From Bacillota bacterium (GTDB lineage: Bacteria; Bacillota; Dethiobacteria; DTU022), in NCBI GenBank assembly GCA_011389985.1, contig JAABTH010000007.1:21769-85768 (forward strand): a stretch of 64,000 bases of DNA, written 5' to 3'. The notes under the pieces are model-generated. The model had not been told where the DNA came from, did not search any database, and saw only the letters and a list, made by a program, of their open reading frames with translations. Below are positions 12,766-23,268 of this stretch, in pieces. Position 1 is the stretch's first letter. Each line of letters opens with the position of its first letter. The position numbers and the translations under genes are program-made.

Positions 12766-13968
12766 TTGGCTAAGCAGAAGTTTGAGCGGACGAAACCGCA
12801 CGTTAACGTAGGGACGATTGGTCACGTGGACCACGGTAAGACCACGCTGACGGCGGCGATGACTTATTGTTTATCGAGCGCCGGTTTTGCGAGCAAGACC
12901 TCGTTTGACGAGATTGACAAGGCGCCGGAAGAGAAAGAAAGAGGCATAACCATAGCGACAGCGCACGTGGAATATGAAAGTGAGCATCGTCACTATGCCC
13001 ATGTAGACTGCCCCGGACACGCAGACTATGTCAAGAACATGATTACCGGAGCGGCGCAGATGGACGGAGCGATTTTGGTAGTATCGGCGGCAGATGGGCC
13101 GATGCCGCAGACCCGCGAGCACATCTTGCTATCGCGTCAGGTCGGTGTTCCTTACATCATCGTCTTTTTAAACAAAGCCGATATGGTAGACGACCCGGAA
13201 CTCTTAGAACTGGTAGAAATGGAAGTAAGAGACCTGTTAAGCGAATACGAATTCCCCGGAGATGACACCCCGGTAATTATTGGTTCAGCCCTTAAAGCCG
13301 GCGAATGCGGTTGTGGTGGCAGAGAATGTGAATGCTGCAAGCCGATCTGGGACTTAATGGACGCGCTTGACAACTATATACCGATGCCCGAAAGAGAAAA
13401 AGACAAACCCTTCTCGATGCCGATCGAAGACGTCTTTTCGATTACCGGCCGTGGCACTGTCGTAACCGGCAGAGTTGAAAGAGGCCAGATTAAAGTAGGC
13501 GACGAAGTAGAAATTGTTGGATTTGAAGAAAAGCCCCGCAAGACCGTTGCTACCGGAGTTGAAATGTTCCGCAAGCTGATGGATTACGCTGAGGCAGGCG
13601 ATAACATTGGCGTACTGCTGCGCGGGATAGACCGTGAATCAGTAGAGCGCGGCCAGGTATTGGCCAAGCCGGGGACGATCAAGCCGCATACCAAGTTTAA
13701 AGCCGAAGTATACGTGCTGAAGAAAGAAGAAGGCGGTCGTCACACACCCTTTTTCCAGGGTTACCGTCCGCAGTTCTACTTCAGGACAACTGACGTTACC
13801 GGTAACATTACCCTTCCGGAAGGGATGGAAATGGTCATGCCCGGCGATAACGTCAACATGGATATTGAACTGATCACTCCCATCGCCATGGAAGAAGGTT
13901 TGCGTTTCGCTATCCGCGAAGGCGGTCGCACCGTCGGCGCAGGCGTAGTTACCGCTGTAAGCGAATAA
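12766..13968 (+). CDS. tuf: Elongation factor Tu. It has a TTG start and a Cys-rich insertion in domain 1.
   Basis: 400 aa with [21 protein letters not shown] and NKAD G-motifs. It carries the extra segment [13 protein letters not shown] at aa 179-191. Confidence 0.96.
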   Translation: MAKQKFERTKPHVNVGTIGHVDHGKTTLTAAMTYCLSSAGFASKTSFDEIDKAPEEKERGITIATAHVEYESEHRHYAHVDCPGHADYVKNMITGAAQMDGAILVVSAADGPMPQTREHILLSRQVGVPYIIVFLNKADMVDDPELLELVEMEVRDLLSEYEFPGDDTPVIIGSALKAGECGCGGRECECCKPIWDLMDALDNYIPMPEREKDKPFSMPIEDVFSITGRGTVVTGRVERGQIKVGDEVEIVGFEEKPRKTVATGVEMFRKLMDYAEAGDNIGVLLRGIDRESVERGQVLAKPGTIKPHTKFKAEVYVLKKEEGGRHTPFFQGYRPQFYFRTTDVTGNITLPEGMEMVMPGDNVNMDIELITPIAMEEGLRFAIREGGRTVGAGVVTAVSE

Positions 13969-14073
13969 GTAATTTAAGTTAAGTAGCGATGAAGTAGAAG
14001 GTTGCCGGCAAAGCAGTCGGGGAATTTTTACGGAGCAGCTCTGATTTAATCAGGCGATAAGGAGGATTTGTTC

Positions 14074-14382
14074 ATGGCTAACCAAAAAATCAGGATCAGA
14101 TTGAGAGCTTTTGATCATCATTTACTAGATCAGTCTGCCGGTAAAATTGTTGAAACGGCGCGCCGCACCGGTGCAGATGTATCCGGCCCGGTTCCTTTGC
14201 CGACAGAAAGAAGCCTTTACACAGTTATACGTGCGCCGCATAAATATAAAGACTCCCGGGAGCAATTCGAAATGCGCACTCATAAGCGTCTGATTGACAT
14301 CTTAGAACCGACACCGAAGACAATCGACGCTTTGATGAGGCTTGATTTGCCTGCCGGTGTTGACATTGAGATTAAGCTCTAA
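14074..14382 (+). CDS. rpsJ: 30S ribosomal protein S10
   Basis: [15 protein letters not shown]... The ATG at 14074 sits 8 nt after AAGGAGGA. The ORF track's earlier TTG at 14068 is unlikely. Confidence 0.95.
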   Translation: MANQKIRIRLRAFDHHLLDQSAGKIVETARRTGADVSGPVPLPTERSLYTVIRAPHKYKDSREQFEMRTHKRLIDILEPTPKTIDALMRLDLPAGVDIEIKL

Positions 14383-14410
14383 CTGATAGACGGGAGGTGC
14401 CTTAAATATA

Positions 14411-15040
14411 ATGACTAAAGCAATATTAGCGCGTAAAATTGGAATGACCCAGATCTATGATGAGCAGGGACGTGTAGTGCCGGTTACTGTTCTTGAAGCC
14501 GGACCCTGCCGGGTAGTTCAGGTTAAAAGTACGGATTCAGATGGTTACAACAGTATTCAGCTTGGATTTGTTGATCAGAAAGAGCAACGGGTAAATCGCC
14601 CCATGAAAGGACACTTTCAGCAGGCCAAGGTAAACCCACTGCGCTTTCTTCGCGAATTCCAGGTGGAGGATCCCGGCCAGTATAAACTAGGCCAGGAAAT
14701 CAAAGCTGATCGCTTTTCTGCCGGTGACTATGTTGATGTTAGCGCGGTTGCCAGGGGAAAAGGTTTCGCCGGTTCAATTAAAAAAATGGGATTCAGCAGG
14801 GGCCCGAAAACGCACGGTTCTCATTATCACCGAGGCCCTGGCTCTCTGGGTTCCGTAGCTCCGGCGCGAGTCTTTAAAGGCCGAAGATTACCGGGACGTA
14901 TGGGCGGTTGGCGGCGTACTATACAGCGCCTGCTGATTGTCGATTCCGATGCCGGTAAAAACCTGCTTCTTGTCAAGGGTTCAGTGCCCGGACCAAGAGG
15001 CGGCCTTTTAGAAATTAAAGAGTCGGTAAAAAGCCGGTAA
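14411..15040 (+). CDS. rplC: 50S ribosomal protein L3
   Basis: 209 aa with the L3 signature (GMTQIYDEQG..., FAGSIKKMGFSRGP). Confidence 0.96.
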   Translation: MTKAILARKIGMTQIYDEQGRVVPVTVLEAGPCRVVQVKSTDSDGYNSIQLGFVDQKEQRVNRPMKGHFQQAKVNPLRFLREFQVEDPGQYKLGQEIKADRFSAGDYVDVSAVARGKGFAGSIKKMGFSRGPKTHGSHYHRGPGSLGSVAPARVFKGRRLPGRMGGWRRTIQRLLIVDSDAGKNLLLVKGSVPGPRGGLLEIKESVKSR

Positions 15041-15073
15041 ACGGATAGCCCAAAGAAAGGAGATGCCCTGAAT

Positions 15074-15700
15074 ATGCCTAAATTATCTTTATACAATAGA
15101 GACGGTGAACAGGTAGAAGAGATCGAATTAAACGACGGTCTTTTCAGCGCTCCGCTTAAGCAGGGGGCACTTCACCAGACAGCCGTATCACAGGCGGCCA
15201 GGCGTAGGCTCGGTACTGCTTCAACCAAGGACCGCAGCGAAGTTAGAGGCGGCGGAGCAAAACCATGGCCGCAAAAAGGAACAGGACGCGCCCGTCACGG
15301 CAGCACACGTTCGCCCTTGTGGGCCGGCGGTGGTGTTACTTTCGGACCTCAGCCAAGGGATTATAACCCGAAGGTACCGAAAAAAATGCGCCGCGCAGCG
15401 CTTAAATCAGCTTTAAGCGATAAGGTAAATGAAGGAAAAATGGTTATAATTGATGACTATGCCATTGACACACCGCAGACCAAGAAAATGGTTTTATTAC
15501 TTGAAAATCTGAAGGTCAGCGGAGGAGCCCTGATAGTATTGGATCAGCCTGATCTCAATATTATCAAAGCTGCACGCAATCTGCCCAGGGTCAAGACAGT
15601 CATAGCCCGGCAGTTAAATGTGCTTGATATTCTTACTTACAACTACCTGGTAATGAATAAAACCGCGCTGCAGCAGGTTGAGGAGGTGTTTGGCGGATGA
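15074..15700 (+). CDS. rplD: 50S ribosomal protein L4
   Basis: 208-aa L4 family protein in the S10-operon position. Confidence 0.95.
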   Translation: MPKLSLYNRDGEQVEEIELNDGLFSAPLKQGALHQTAVSQAARRRLGTASTKDRSEVRGGGAKPWPQKGTGRARHGSTRSPLWAGGGVTFGPQPRDYNPKVPKKMRRAALKSALSDKVNEGKMVIIDDYAIDTPQTKKMVLLLENLKVSGGALIVLDQPDLNIIKAARNLPRVKTVIARQLNVLDILTYNYLVMNKTALQQVEEVFGG

Positions 15701-15990
15701 GAGATGCAAGAGAAGTAATCATTCGTCCCCTGGTTAGTGAGAAATCTTCCGACCTGATGGAAGAAAATAAGTATACTTTTGTCGTTTCCGGCAGAGCAAA
15801 CAAAATTGAAATAAAACGTGCCCTTGAAGAAATTTTTGACGTCAAGGTAAAGGCAGTCAACACAGCCAACTTCAAGGGTAAAAGAAAGCGCCTGGGTCGT
15901 TATCCTGAAGGCAAACAACCCAGTTGGAAAAAGGCTGTAATTACCCTGGCCGAAGGCAGCAAACCGATAGAGCTGTTTGAAAGCCGCTAG
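15697..15990 (+). CDS. rplW: 50S ribosomal protein L23
   Basis: 97 aa. It overlaps the rplD stop by 4 nt. L23 motifs are present. Confidence 0.95.
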   Translation: MRDAREVIIRPLVSEKSSDLMEENKYTFVVSGRANKIEIKRALEEIFDVKVKAVNTANFKGKRKRLGRYPEGKQPSWKKAVITLAEGSKPIELFESR

Positions 15991-16009
15991 TAGAAGGAGG
16001 GAAACATAA

Positions 16010-16840
16010 ATGGCTGTTAAACGTTTTAAACCCACTTCACCGGGGCGGCGGTTTGCCACCGTATCAACGTTTGAAGAAATTACAAAGTCGGAGCCGGAAA
16101 AATCACTTCTGGCACCTCTGAATAAACAGGCCGGACGCAACTCGTACGGCAGGATTACTGTCCGCCACCAGGGCGGAGGGCATAAGCGCGCTTACCGGAT
16201 TATTGATTTTAAACGTAATAAAGATGATGTGCCGGCTAAAGTTGCAGGTATTGAGTACGATCCGAACCGGACAGCAAATATTGCCCTGCTCCATTACGCC
16301 GATGGCGAGAAGCGTTACATTCTTGCTCCATTGGGTCTTCGTACCGGACAGACAGTAATTTCGGGCGTTAAGGTTGAAGTCAGGCCTGGTAACGCAATGC
16401 CGCTGCGATCGATTCCCGTTGGCACATTTGTTCACAACATTGAAATGAAGCGGGGTCATGGCGGCCAGCTGGCCCGTTCGGCCGGAACTGCCGCACAGCT
16501 TTCAGCGAAGGAGGGGGACCAGGCTTTTATACGCCTGCCTTCCGGTGAGGTAAGATTGGTGCCGCTTGAGTGCCGTGCAACTGTGGGGCAGATTGGCAAT
16601 ATTGAGCACGAAAACCTTACTATCGGTAAAGCCGGACGCAGCCGTTGGCTGGGTCGGAGGCCGACAGTTCGCGGTTCGGTTATGAACCCCTGTGACCATC
16701 CGCATGGTGGCGGTGAGGGTAGAGCGCCGATCGGCTTGAAACGACCGGTAACTCCCTGGGGCAAACCGACCCTGGGTTACAAAACCCGCAAGAAAAATAA
16801 AGATTCGGATCGGCTTATTGTCCGCCGCCGTAAGAAGTAG
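16010..16840 (+). CDS. rplB: 50S ribosomal protein L2
   Basis: 276 aa with [14 protein letters not shown]... and GGGHKRAYR. Confidence 0.97.
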   Translation: MAVKRFKPTSPGRRFATVSTFEEITKSEPEKSLLAPLNKQAGRNSYGRITVRHQGGGHKRAYRIIDFKRNKDDVPAKVAGIEYDPNRTANIALLHYADGEKRYILAPLGLRTGQTVISGVKVEVRPGNAMPLRSIPVGTFVHNIEMKRGHGGQLARSAGTAAQLSAKEGDQAFIRLPSGEVRLVPLECRATVGQIGNIEHENLTIGKAGRSRWLGRRPTVRGSVMNPCDHPHGGGEGRAPIGLKRPVTPWGKPTLGYKTRKKNKDSDRLIVRRRKK

Positions 16841-16912
16841 TCGGAAGGCGCGTCCGGAATCGCCTGGTGCGGTAAACGGCGTGATTTCCGCCTGAAAGGG
16901 AGGTTATCTTAA

Positions 16913-17197
16913 TTGTCACGTTCACTGAAAAAGGGCCCTTATGTTGAGGGCAGCTTAATGAAAAGAATTGAGCAGATGAACGAAAAGGGAGACAAAAAGG
17001 TTATTAAGACCTGGTCCCGCCGTTCGACCATATTCCCTGATATGGTAGGGCACACCATTGCCGTTCATGACGGCCGCAGACATGTGCCGATTTACATCAG
17101 CGAAGATATGGTTGGACATAAACTTGGAGAATTTGCTCCGACCCGAACCTTCAGGGGGCACGGGCACCATACCGAGCGCTCTACTACTTTGAAGTAG
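16913..17197 (+). CDS. rpsS: 30S ribosomal protein S19 (TTG start)
   Basis: [11 protein letters not shown]... GGGAGG lies 9 nt upstream of the TTG. Confidence 0.95.
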   Translation: MSRSLKKGPYVEGSLMKRIEQMNEKGDKKVIKTWSRRSTIFPDMVGHTIAVHDGRRHVPIYISEDMVGHKLGEFAPTRTFRGHGHHTERSTTLK

Positions 17198-17220
17198 GGC
17201 TTAAGGAGGCAAGGATATCA

Positions 17221-17562
17221 ATGGAAGCAAGAGCACAAGCCCGCTACGTGCGCCTGGCGCCGCGAAAAGTTAGAGCTGTTGTCGATCTTATTCGTAATAA
17301 AGATCTTGATGAAGCAATTAGCATCCTTCGCTATACACCGCGCCGTGCTGCCGAAGTGGTTACCAAAGTGGTTAAATCTGCGGCAGCCAATGCCGAGAAT
17401 AACCTGGAATTAAATCGCGGCAATCTTTATATCGATAAAGCTTATGTTGATGAAGGTCCAACCTTGAAACGGGTTCAGCCGCGGGCCAGGGGCAGGCGCT
17501 TTCTGATTTTGAAAAGAACCAGCCATATAACGGTTGTAGTCAAAGAGAGAAAGGGGGTCTAG
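17221..17562 (+). CDS. rplV: 50S ribosomal protein L22
   Basis: 113-aa L22 family protein. Confidence 0.95.
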   Translation: MEARAQARYVRLAPRKVRAVVDLIRNKDLDEAISILRYTPRRAAEVVTKVVKSAAANAENNLELNRGNLYIDKAYVDEGPTLKRVQPRARGRRFLILKRTSHITVVVKERKGV

Positions 17563-17564
17563 TT

Positions 17565-18245
17565 GTGGGACAAAAAGTTAGCCCCATCGGATTTCGAATC
17601 GGAGTAATCCGTGATTGGGATGCCCGCTGGTTTGCCAGTAAGAACTATAAAGAGCTCTTACATGAAGATTTACAGATCAGGGAGTATGTCCAGAAAACTT
17701 TGCAGAGCGCTTCGGTGTCACGTATCGAAATTGAGCGGGCAGCGAATAACCTGAGGATTAATATTCATACCGCCAAGCCGGGTATGGTAATCGGCCGCGG
17801 CGGTGCCGGTGTTGAAGAGTTACGCAAGAAGCTCGAAGCGATGACTGATAAAAAAGTGCACTTAAATATTATTGAAATTAAGAAGCCCGAACTTGATGCA
17901 TTTCTGGTTGCTGAAAGTGTAGCATCTCAGCTTGAAAGACGTATCGCATTCAGAAGGGCTATGAAGCAGGCTGTATTCCGCACTATGCGCAATGGAGCCA
18001 AGGGCATTAAAATTGCCTGCAGCGGCAGGCTTGGTGGTTCCGAGATGGCTCGTAATGAGAGCTATCATGAGGGAACAGTGCCCCTGCAAACACTGCGCGC
18101 CAATATTGACTATGGTTTCACTGAAGCAAAAACTACTTATGGTCGTATTGGAGTAAAAGTATGGATTTACAAAGGGGAGATTTTACCCTCGAAGCCGGGT
18201 AAGGATAAGCCTGCGGAGGAGGTAGACGCCAATGTTAATGCCTAA
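17565..18245 (+). CDS. rpsC: 30S ribosomal protein S3 (GTG start)
   Basis: [14 protein letters not shown]... with KH and S3-C domains. Confidence 0.96.
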   Translation: MGQKVSPIGFRIGVIRDWDARWFASKNYKELLHEDLQIREYVQKTLQSASVSRIEIERAANNLRINIHTAKPGMVIGRGGAGVEELRKKLEAMTDKKVHLNIIEIKKPELDAFLVAESVASQLERRIAFRRAMKQAVFRTMRNGAKGIKIACSGRLGGSEMARNESYHEGTVPLQTLRANIDYGFTEAKTTYGRIGVKVWIYKGEILPSKPGKDKPAEEVDANVNA

Positions 18246-18660
18246 GCGGGTTAAATTCCGCCGTCAGCACCGTGGTCGGATGAAAGGCAAGGCCAAGGGT
18301 GGCACCGTTGTTCAGTTTGGCGAATACGGTATGCAGGCCCTCGAGCCTTCATGGATCAGCAGTCAGCAGATCGAAGCGGCTCGTATTGCAATGACCAGGT
18401 TTATCAAGAGGGGTGGAAAAGTATGGATTCGCATCTTCCCCGACAAACCTGTTACTGAAAAACCGGCTGAAACCCGAATGGGTAAAGGTAAAGGTTCCCC
18501 GGAATACTGGGTAGCTGTGGTTAAGCCGGGAAGAATAATGTTTGAACTGGCCGGGGTTAGTGAAGAACTTGCCAAAGAGGCAATGCGCCTGGCGGCGAAT
18601 AAGCTGCCGATTAAGACCAAGTTCGTGAAAAGAGCTGAATCAGGTGGTGTATCCGAATGA
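18232..18660 (+). CDS. rplP: 50S ribosomal protein L16
   Basis: [16 protein letters not shown]... It overlaps the rpsC end. Confidence 0.96.
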   Translation: MLMPKRVKFRRQHRGRMKGKAKGGTVVQFGEYGMQALEPSWISSQQIEAARIAMTRFIKRGGKVWIRIFPDKPVTEKPAETRMGKGKGSPEYWVAVVKPGRIMFELAGVSEELAKEAMRLAANKLPIKTKFVKRAESGGVSE

Positions 18661-18848
18661 AAGTAAAAGACGTGCGTGAATTTAACGAGCAAGAATTGGA
18701 AGAAAAAGCTAAAGAGCTGAAGGAAGAGCTTTTTAACCTGCGTTTTCAGGAAGCCACCGGTCAGTTGGAAAATTATATGCGCATTAAAGAGGTCCGCCGT
18801 AGTATTGCCCGGGTTAAAACCGTGCTCAGGGAACGGGCCCTTAGCTGA
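18657..18848 (+). CDS. rpmC: 50S ribosomal protein L29
   Basis: 63 aa with a coiled-coil L29 sequence. Confidence 0.93.
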   Translation: MKVKDVREFNEQELEEKAKELKEELFNLRFQEATGQLENYMRIKEVRRSIARVKTVLRERALS

Positions 18849-18876
18849 GCCTGAATAGGAAGGGAGGCCCATCGAT

Positions 18877-19134
18877 TTGGAAACTGGAAATCGTAAAGTT
18901 CGCAGCGGCCGTGTTGTTAGCGATAAAATGGATAAAACCAGGGTTGCTCTGGTTGAAAGAAGCACCAGACACCCATTATATGGTAAAATTATCCGCCGGT
19001 CGAAAAAGTATAAATTTCATGATGAAGCAAACGAATCCCGAGTAGGCGATGTAGTAAGAATTGTAGAAACCAGGCCGCTTAGCAAAGATAAAAGATGGCG
19101 CCTGGTGGAAATCGTTCAGCGATCGAAGCTGTAG
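18877..19134 (+). CDS. rpsQ: 30S ribosomal protein S17 (TTG start)
   Basis: [20 protein letters not shown]... GGGAGG lies 9 nt upstream. Confidence 0.94.
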   Translation: METGNRKVRSGRVVSDKMDKTRVALVERSTRHPLYGKIIRRSKKYKFHDEANESRVGDVVRIVETRPLSKDKRWRLVEIVQRSKL

Positions 19135-19188
19135 GCAGATTCCCTTTCCGGATAGCCTGCCGGTTGGGGAATGAAAGGAGAGGCAACG

Positions 19189-19557
19189 ATGATTCAAAGC
19201 GAAACAATCTTAAATGTAGCCGATAACTCGGGAGCAAAAAAGGTCCTTTGCATCAGGGTCCTTGGAGGATCGAAGCGAAAAGCAGGCCATATAGGCGATA
19301 TAATTGTTGCTTCGGTTAAAGAGGCTACCCCGGGTGGAGTTGTTAAAAAAGGCGAAGTGGTCAGGGCTGTAATAGTGCGGACAAGAAGCCGGCTTAACCG
19401 CAGAGATGGCTCTCACATTCACTTCGATGAGAATGCTGCAGTTATTATTAATGAACAGAATAATCCGCGGGGGACTCGAATATTTGGCCCTGTTGCCCGT
19501 GAGCTGAGGGAAAAAGAATTTATGAAAATTGTATCCCTGGCCCCGGAAGTGATTTAG
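19189..19557 (+). CDS. rplN: 50S ribosomal protein L14
   Basis: [18 protein letters not shown]... The ATG at 19189 follows AAAGGAGAGG. The ORF-track start at 19171 lies inside the SD. Confidence 0.95.
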   Translation: MIQSETILNVADNSGAKKVLCIRVLGGSKRKAGHIGDIIVASVKEATPGGVVKKGEVVRAVIVRTRSRLNRRDGSHIHFDENAAVIINEQNNPRGTRIFGPVARELREKEFMKIVSLAPEVI

Positions 19558-19586
19558 TTGTTCATTTTGGAGGTGGCGAAAAACCG

Positions 19587-19916
19587 GTGGAAGTAAAAAA
19601 GATGTCTGTTCGCCGGGGAGATAAAGTTTTAGTTCTCTCCGGGAAAGATAAAGGTAAAAAAGGTAAAGTGATCGCCACTTTTCCCCGCCTCGGCCGGGTA
19701 AAGGTGGAAGGGGTCAACATGATTAAAAAACATGCCAAGCCGACCCGAAAAGTTCCCCAGGGGGGAATCAGGGAGATGGAAGCGGCGTTTCCGGCGTCTA
19801 AGGTGATGGTTCTCTGCCCGGCTTGCAGTAAACCAACCCGGGTAGCCAAAAAAGTTCTTCCTGATGAGCGCCGGGTTCGTATTTGTCGGAAATGCGGCGA
19901 ATCGCTGGATAAGTAA
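19587..19916 (+). CDS. rplX: 50S ribosomal protein L24, carrying a Cys4 (CPAC...CRKC) C-terminal ribbon
   Basis: KOW motif GDKVLVLSGKDKGKKGKV. GTG start 9 nt after GGAGGTGG. Confidence 0.94.
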   Translation: MEVKKMSVRRGDKVLVLSGKDKGKKGKVIATFPRLGRVKVEGVNMIKKHAKPTRKVPQGGIREMEAAFPASKVMVLCPACSKPTRVAKKVLPDERRVRICRKCGESLDK

Positions 19917-19935
19917 GGAGGGTTAAAGCGCTAAG

Positions 19936-20478
19936 ATGTCACGAATGAAGCAGAAATACCTTGAAGAAGTGAGGCCCGCCCTTGTAAAGCGGTTTTCCTA
20001 CAATAACGTTATGCAGGCGCCGCGGATAGAAAAAGTAGTAATCAACATGGGTTTGGGTGAAGGAAAAGAAAACCCGAAAATACTGGATGCAGCGGTAAAT
20101 GAACTCTCGATTATAACCGGTCAAAAACCGATTATAACCAGGGCGCGTCGGTCAGTGGCCAGTTTTAAGGTTCGTGAAGGTATGCCTATTGGCTGTAAAC
20201 TGACTTTGCGCGGAATCCGCATGTATGACTTCCTGGATAAGTTTTTTAATATTGCACTTCCCAGGGTCAGGGATTTCCGGGGTATCTCGCCGCACTCTTT
20301 TGACGGGCGAGGAAACTTTACCATTGGCATTAAGGAACAGTTGATTTTTCCCGAAATCGAATATAGTCAAGTGGAACGGGTTCTCGGCATGGATATTACT
20401 ATAGTAACCAGTGCTGAGACTGACGAAGAAGCACGCGAGCTTCTTACTTTGATGGGGCTGCCTTTTAAGGCTGCTTAA
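19936..20478 (+). CDS. rplE: 50S ribosomal protein L5
   Basis: 180 aa with [16 protein letters not shown]...[10 protein letters not shown]. Confidence 0.96.
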   Translation: MSRMKQKYLEEVRPALVKRFSYNNVMQAPRIEKVVINMGLGEGKENPKILDAAVNELSIITGQKPIITRARRSVASFKVREGMPIGCKLTLRGIRMYDFLDKFFNIALPRVRDFRGISPHSFDGRGNFTIGIKEQLIFPEIEYSQVERVLGMDITIVTSAETDEEARELLTLMGLPFKAA

Positions 20479-20511
20479 AGAAGTTTTCGCGGAAGTATAA
20501 GGAGGAAAAGG

Positions 20512-20697
20512 ATGGCCAAGAAATCATTAATTGCCAAGGCCAAGAGAGAGCCCAAATTTGCGGTTCGCGGTTATAACCGGTGCCACATTTGCGGTCGCCC
20601 GAGGGCATATTTACGTAAATTCGGCCTGTGCCGCCTTTGCTTTCGTCATCTGGCCAACGAGGGAAAAATACCGGGAGTTAAAAAAGCCAGCTGGTAG
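20512..20697 (+). CDS. rpsN: 30S ribosomal protein S14, type Z (zinc-binding, 61 aa)
   Basis: [20 protein letters not shown] Zn-ribbon in the spc-operon position. Confidence 0.95.
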   Translation: MAKKSLIAKAKREPKFAVRGYNRCHICGRPRAYLRKFGLCRLCFRHLANEGKIPGVKKASW

Positions 20698-20732
20698 GAT
20701 GATGAAAGAATGAGAGGAGGTTGTGATTGCCA

Positions 20733-21128
20733 ATGATGACAGATCCGATTGCCGATATGCTGACACGTGTGCGTAATGCCAACAATGTACGGCATAAAAC
20801 TGTGGAAATCCCTGCTTCGAATGTGAAGCGCTCGATTGCGGCGATCATGAAGCAGGAAGGTTTCATCAAAGATTATGAGTATATTAAGGACAACAAACAG
20901 GGCCTTTTACGTGTTCATCTGAAATACGGGCCGAACCAGGAAAAAATTATAAGTGGCCTGAAAAGAATCAGCAAACCAGGTTTGAGGGTTTTTGTTAAGA
21001 AAGATGAACTGCCCAAAGTCTTAGGAGGTCTCGGAATAGCTGTTATTTCTACCTCACAGGGCTTAATGAGTGATCGCCAGGCCCGGGAAACCGGTAAAGG
21101 CGGCGAAGTTTTATGCTATATCTGGTAG
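20733..21128 (+). CDS. rpsH: 30S ribosomal protein S8
   Basis: [16 protein letters not shown]... The ATG at 20733 sits 12 nt after GAGGAGG. An alternative TTG lies at 20727. Confidence 0.94.
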   Translation: MMTDPIADMLTRVRNANNVRHKTVEIPASNVKRSIAAIMKQEGFIKDYEYIKDNKQGLLRVHLKYGPNQEKIISGLKRISKPGLRVFVKKDELPKVLGGLGIAVISTSQGLMSDRQARETGKGGEVLCYIW

Positions 21129-21148
21129 CATAGCGAGGAGGTTTACCG

Positions 21149-21685
21149 ATGTCTCGAACCGGTAAAAAACCCGTCATTGTACCCGCTGATGTAGAGGTAC
21201 AGCTAGACGGTAGTAATATTACGGTTAAAGGTCCCAAGGGTCAGCTTTCACAAGATTTGCCCAGGGAAATGATTATCGAGCAGGAAGAGAACAAAATCCT
21301 GGTAAAAAGGCCTACCGACAACCCTCAGCACAGGGCGCTGCACGGTCTGACCAGGACGCTTATTGATAATATGGTTGTAGGTGTTACAGAAGGTTACAGC
21401 CATAACCTCGAGTTGGTTGGTGTTGGTTATAAAGCTGTTCTTCAGGGAAAGAAACTGGTTCTTAATATTGGCTTCTCTCACCCTGTTGAATTTGATCCCG
21501 GCGAAAATATGGAGATCGAAGTGCCCAGCCCCACTAAAATCACAGTCAGGGGTATCGATAAGCAAAAAGTAGGCAATCTTGCCGCGGTTATTCGCAGGAC
21601 CTACCCGCCTGAGCCTTATAAAGGTAAAGGTATACGTTATGAAAATGAAACTGTCCGTCAGAAAGTCGGTAAGGCGGGCAAATAA
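21149..21685 (+). CDS. rplF: 50S ribosomal protein L6
   Basis: 178-aa L6 family protein. Confidence 0.95.
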   Translation: MSRTGKKPVIVPADVEVQLDGSNITVKGPKGQLSQDLPREMIIEQEENKILVKRPTDNPQHRALHGLTRTLIDNMVVGVTEGYSHNLELVGVGYKAVLQGKKLVLNIGFSHPVEFDPGENMEIEVPSPTKITVRGIDKQKVGNLAAVIRRTYPPEPYKGKGIRYENETVRQKVGKAGK

Positions 21686-21705
21686 TCGCCTGGAGGTGTA
21701 AAATA

Positions 21706-22074
21706 GTGCTTAAGGCAAAATCACGTTTGATCAACCGGAAGCGGCGCCACCGCAGGGTGAGAGTTAAAATAAGCGGTACGCCGGAAAGACCCCGGTTAAA
21801 TGTTTTCCGCAGCAGCAAACATATTTATGCCCAGGTGATCAATGATTATACTGGAGAGACCCTGGCTGCCGCCTCCAGCCTGGATCCCGAGCTGCGCAAG
21901 GAGTTGTCTTACGGTGGCAACAAAGAAGCAGCCCATAAAGTCGGGACTCTGCTTGCTCGCAAAGCAGCCGATAAAGGCATAAAAGATGTTGTTTTTGATC
22001 GGGGCGGTTATCTTTATCACGGCCGTGTGAGAGAACTGGCCGAAGGAGCCCGTGAAGGCGGGTTAAACTTTTGA
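21706..22074 (+). CDS. rplR: 50S ribosomal protein L18 (GTG start)
   Basis: 122-aa L18 family protein. GGAGGTG lies 7 nt upstream. Confidence 0.94.
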   Translation: MLKAKSRLINRKRRHRRVRVKISGTPERPRLNVFRSSKHIYAQVINDYTGETLAAASSLDPELRKELSYGGNKEAAHKVGTLLARKAADKGIKDVVFDRGGYLYHGRVRELAEGAREGGLNF

Positions 22075-22092
22075 CAAGGGGGTGTTGCAGGG

Positions 22093-22590
22093 GTGTCAAA
22101 GATCGAACCATCACAGGAATTAATTGAAAAAGTCGTTAAAGTAAATCGTGTGGCCAAGGTCGTTAAAGGCGGACGCCGTTTTAGCTTCAGCGCCCTGGTC
22201 GTTGTTGGTGATCAGAATGGTGTTGTCGGAGCCGGTATGGGTAAAGCCGGTGAAGTTCCTGAAGCTATCCGCAAGGGTATTGAGGACGCGAAAAAGAATC
22301 TGATCCGTGTTCCCATGGTTGGAACAACAATAACCCATCAGGTAACAGGACGTTTCGGCGCCGGCAAAGTTTTACTCAAGCCCGCTTCAGAAGGTACCGG
22401 AGTTATTGCCGGTGGACCTGTACGTGCGGTCCTCGAACTGGCCGGAGTCAGGGATATCCTTACAAAATCTCTCGGCTCTTCCAATGCGATCAATATCGTT
22501 AGTGCAACTATTGAAGGATTAAAGTCGCTCAAGAGAGCTGAAGAAGTGAGTAATCTGCGCGGTATTGAAGTAGAGAAGCTGCTCGGTTAA
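22093..22590 (+). CDS. rpsE: 30S ribosomal protein S5 (GTG start)
   Basis: 165 aa with the S5 dsRBD and C-terminal domain. Confidence 0.95.
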   Translation: MSKIEPSQELIEKVVKVNRVAKVVKGGRRFSFSALVVVGDQNGVVGAGMGKAGEVPEAIRKGIEDAKKNLIRVPMVGTTITHQVTGRFGAGKVLLKPASEGTGVIAGGPVRAVLELAGVRDILTKSLGSSNAINIVSATIEGLKSLKRAEEVSNLRGIEVEKLLG

Positions 22591-22605
22591 GGAGAGTTAT
22601 TAGTT

Positions 22606-22794
22606 ATGGCGAATAAAAAAATTCAAATTACCCTGGTCCGCAGTCCTCTGACCTGTAAACCTAATCACCGCCGTACAGTAAGGGCGCTTGGTTTAAGGAA
22701 GATCGGTCAGAGTGTCATTCATGATGATACTGATGTAATCAGGGGTATGACCAATACAGTTAATTATCTGATTAATGTTGAAGAAAGCAAATGA
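22606..22794 (+). CDS. rpmD: 50S ribosomal protein L30
   Basis: 62 aa with MANKKIQITLVRS... Confidence 0.93.
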   Translation: MANKKIQITLVRSPLTCKPNHRRTVRALGLRKIGQSVIHDDTDVIRGMTNTVNYLINVEESK

Positions 22795-22826
22795 TTTAAG
22801 AAGCGGCATAGAGGGAGGTGTAGCCA

Positions 22827-23267
22827 ATGCGTTTACACGAACTAAGGCCTCCTGAGGGAGCCAGGAAAGCGGCTAAACGTAAAGGAAGAGGAATGTCCTC
22901 GGGATTGGGTAAAACATCCGGTCGCGGACAAAAAGGACAGAAATCCCGTTCGGGTTCCGGTATCCGCCGTGGCTTTGAAGGCGGGCAGATGCCATATTTT
23001 CAGCGTTTGCCTAAGCGCGGATTTACCAATATATTTAAACAAAAGTGGAATATTGTTAATGTTAGCGACCTGAACGTATTTGATAAAGGAACAGCGGTCA
23101 CACCGGAAATGCTCGTTGAAGCGGGTTTGATCAGAAATATGCGCGATCCGCTCAAAGTGCTCGGAAACGGTGAGATCGATCGTAAACTTGAAGTTAAAGC
23201 AAATCGTTTCAGTAAGCAGGCACAGGATAAAATTGAAGCAGCCGGCGGGAAGGCAGAGGTGATTTAA
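22827..23267 (+). CDS. rplO: 50S ribosomal protein L15
   Basis: 146-aa Gly/Arg-rich L15 family protein. Confidence 0.95.
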   Translation: MRLHELRPPEGARKAAKRKGRGMSSGLGKTSGRGQKGQKSRSGSGIRRGFEGGQMPYFQRLPKRGFTNIFKQKWNIVNVSDLNVFDKGTAVTPEMLVEAGLIRNMRDPLKVLGNGEIDRKLEVKANRFSKQAQDKIEAAGGKAEVI

Positions 23268-23268
23268 A

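Noticed and set aside
14068-14073. ORF-track TTG start giving MFMANQ for rpsJ
   Set aside because: The SD AAGGAGGA is positioned for the ATG at 14074. The TTG would sit only 1-2 nt from the SD.
18363-18965. 200-aa minus-strand ORF antisense to rplP/rpmC/rpsQ
   Set aside because: It lies entirely inside highly conserved ribosomal protein genes. It has low-complexity Ser/Leu-rich translation and no RBS. It is a typical antisense artefact of GC-skewed coding sequence.
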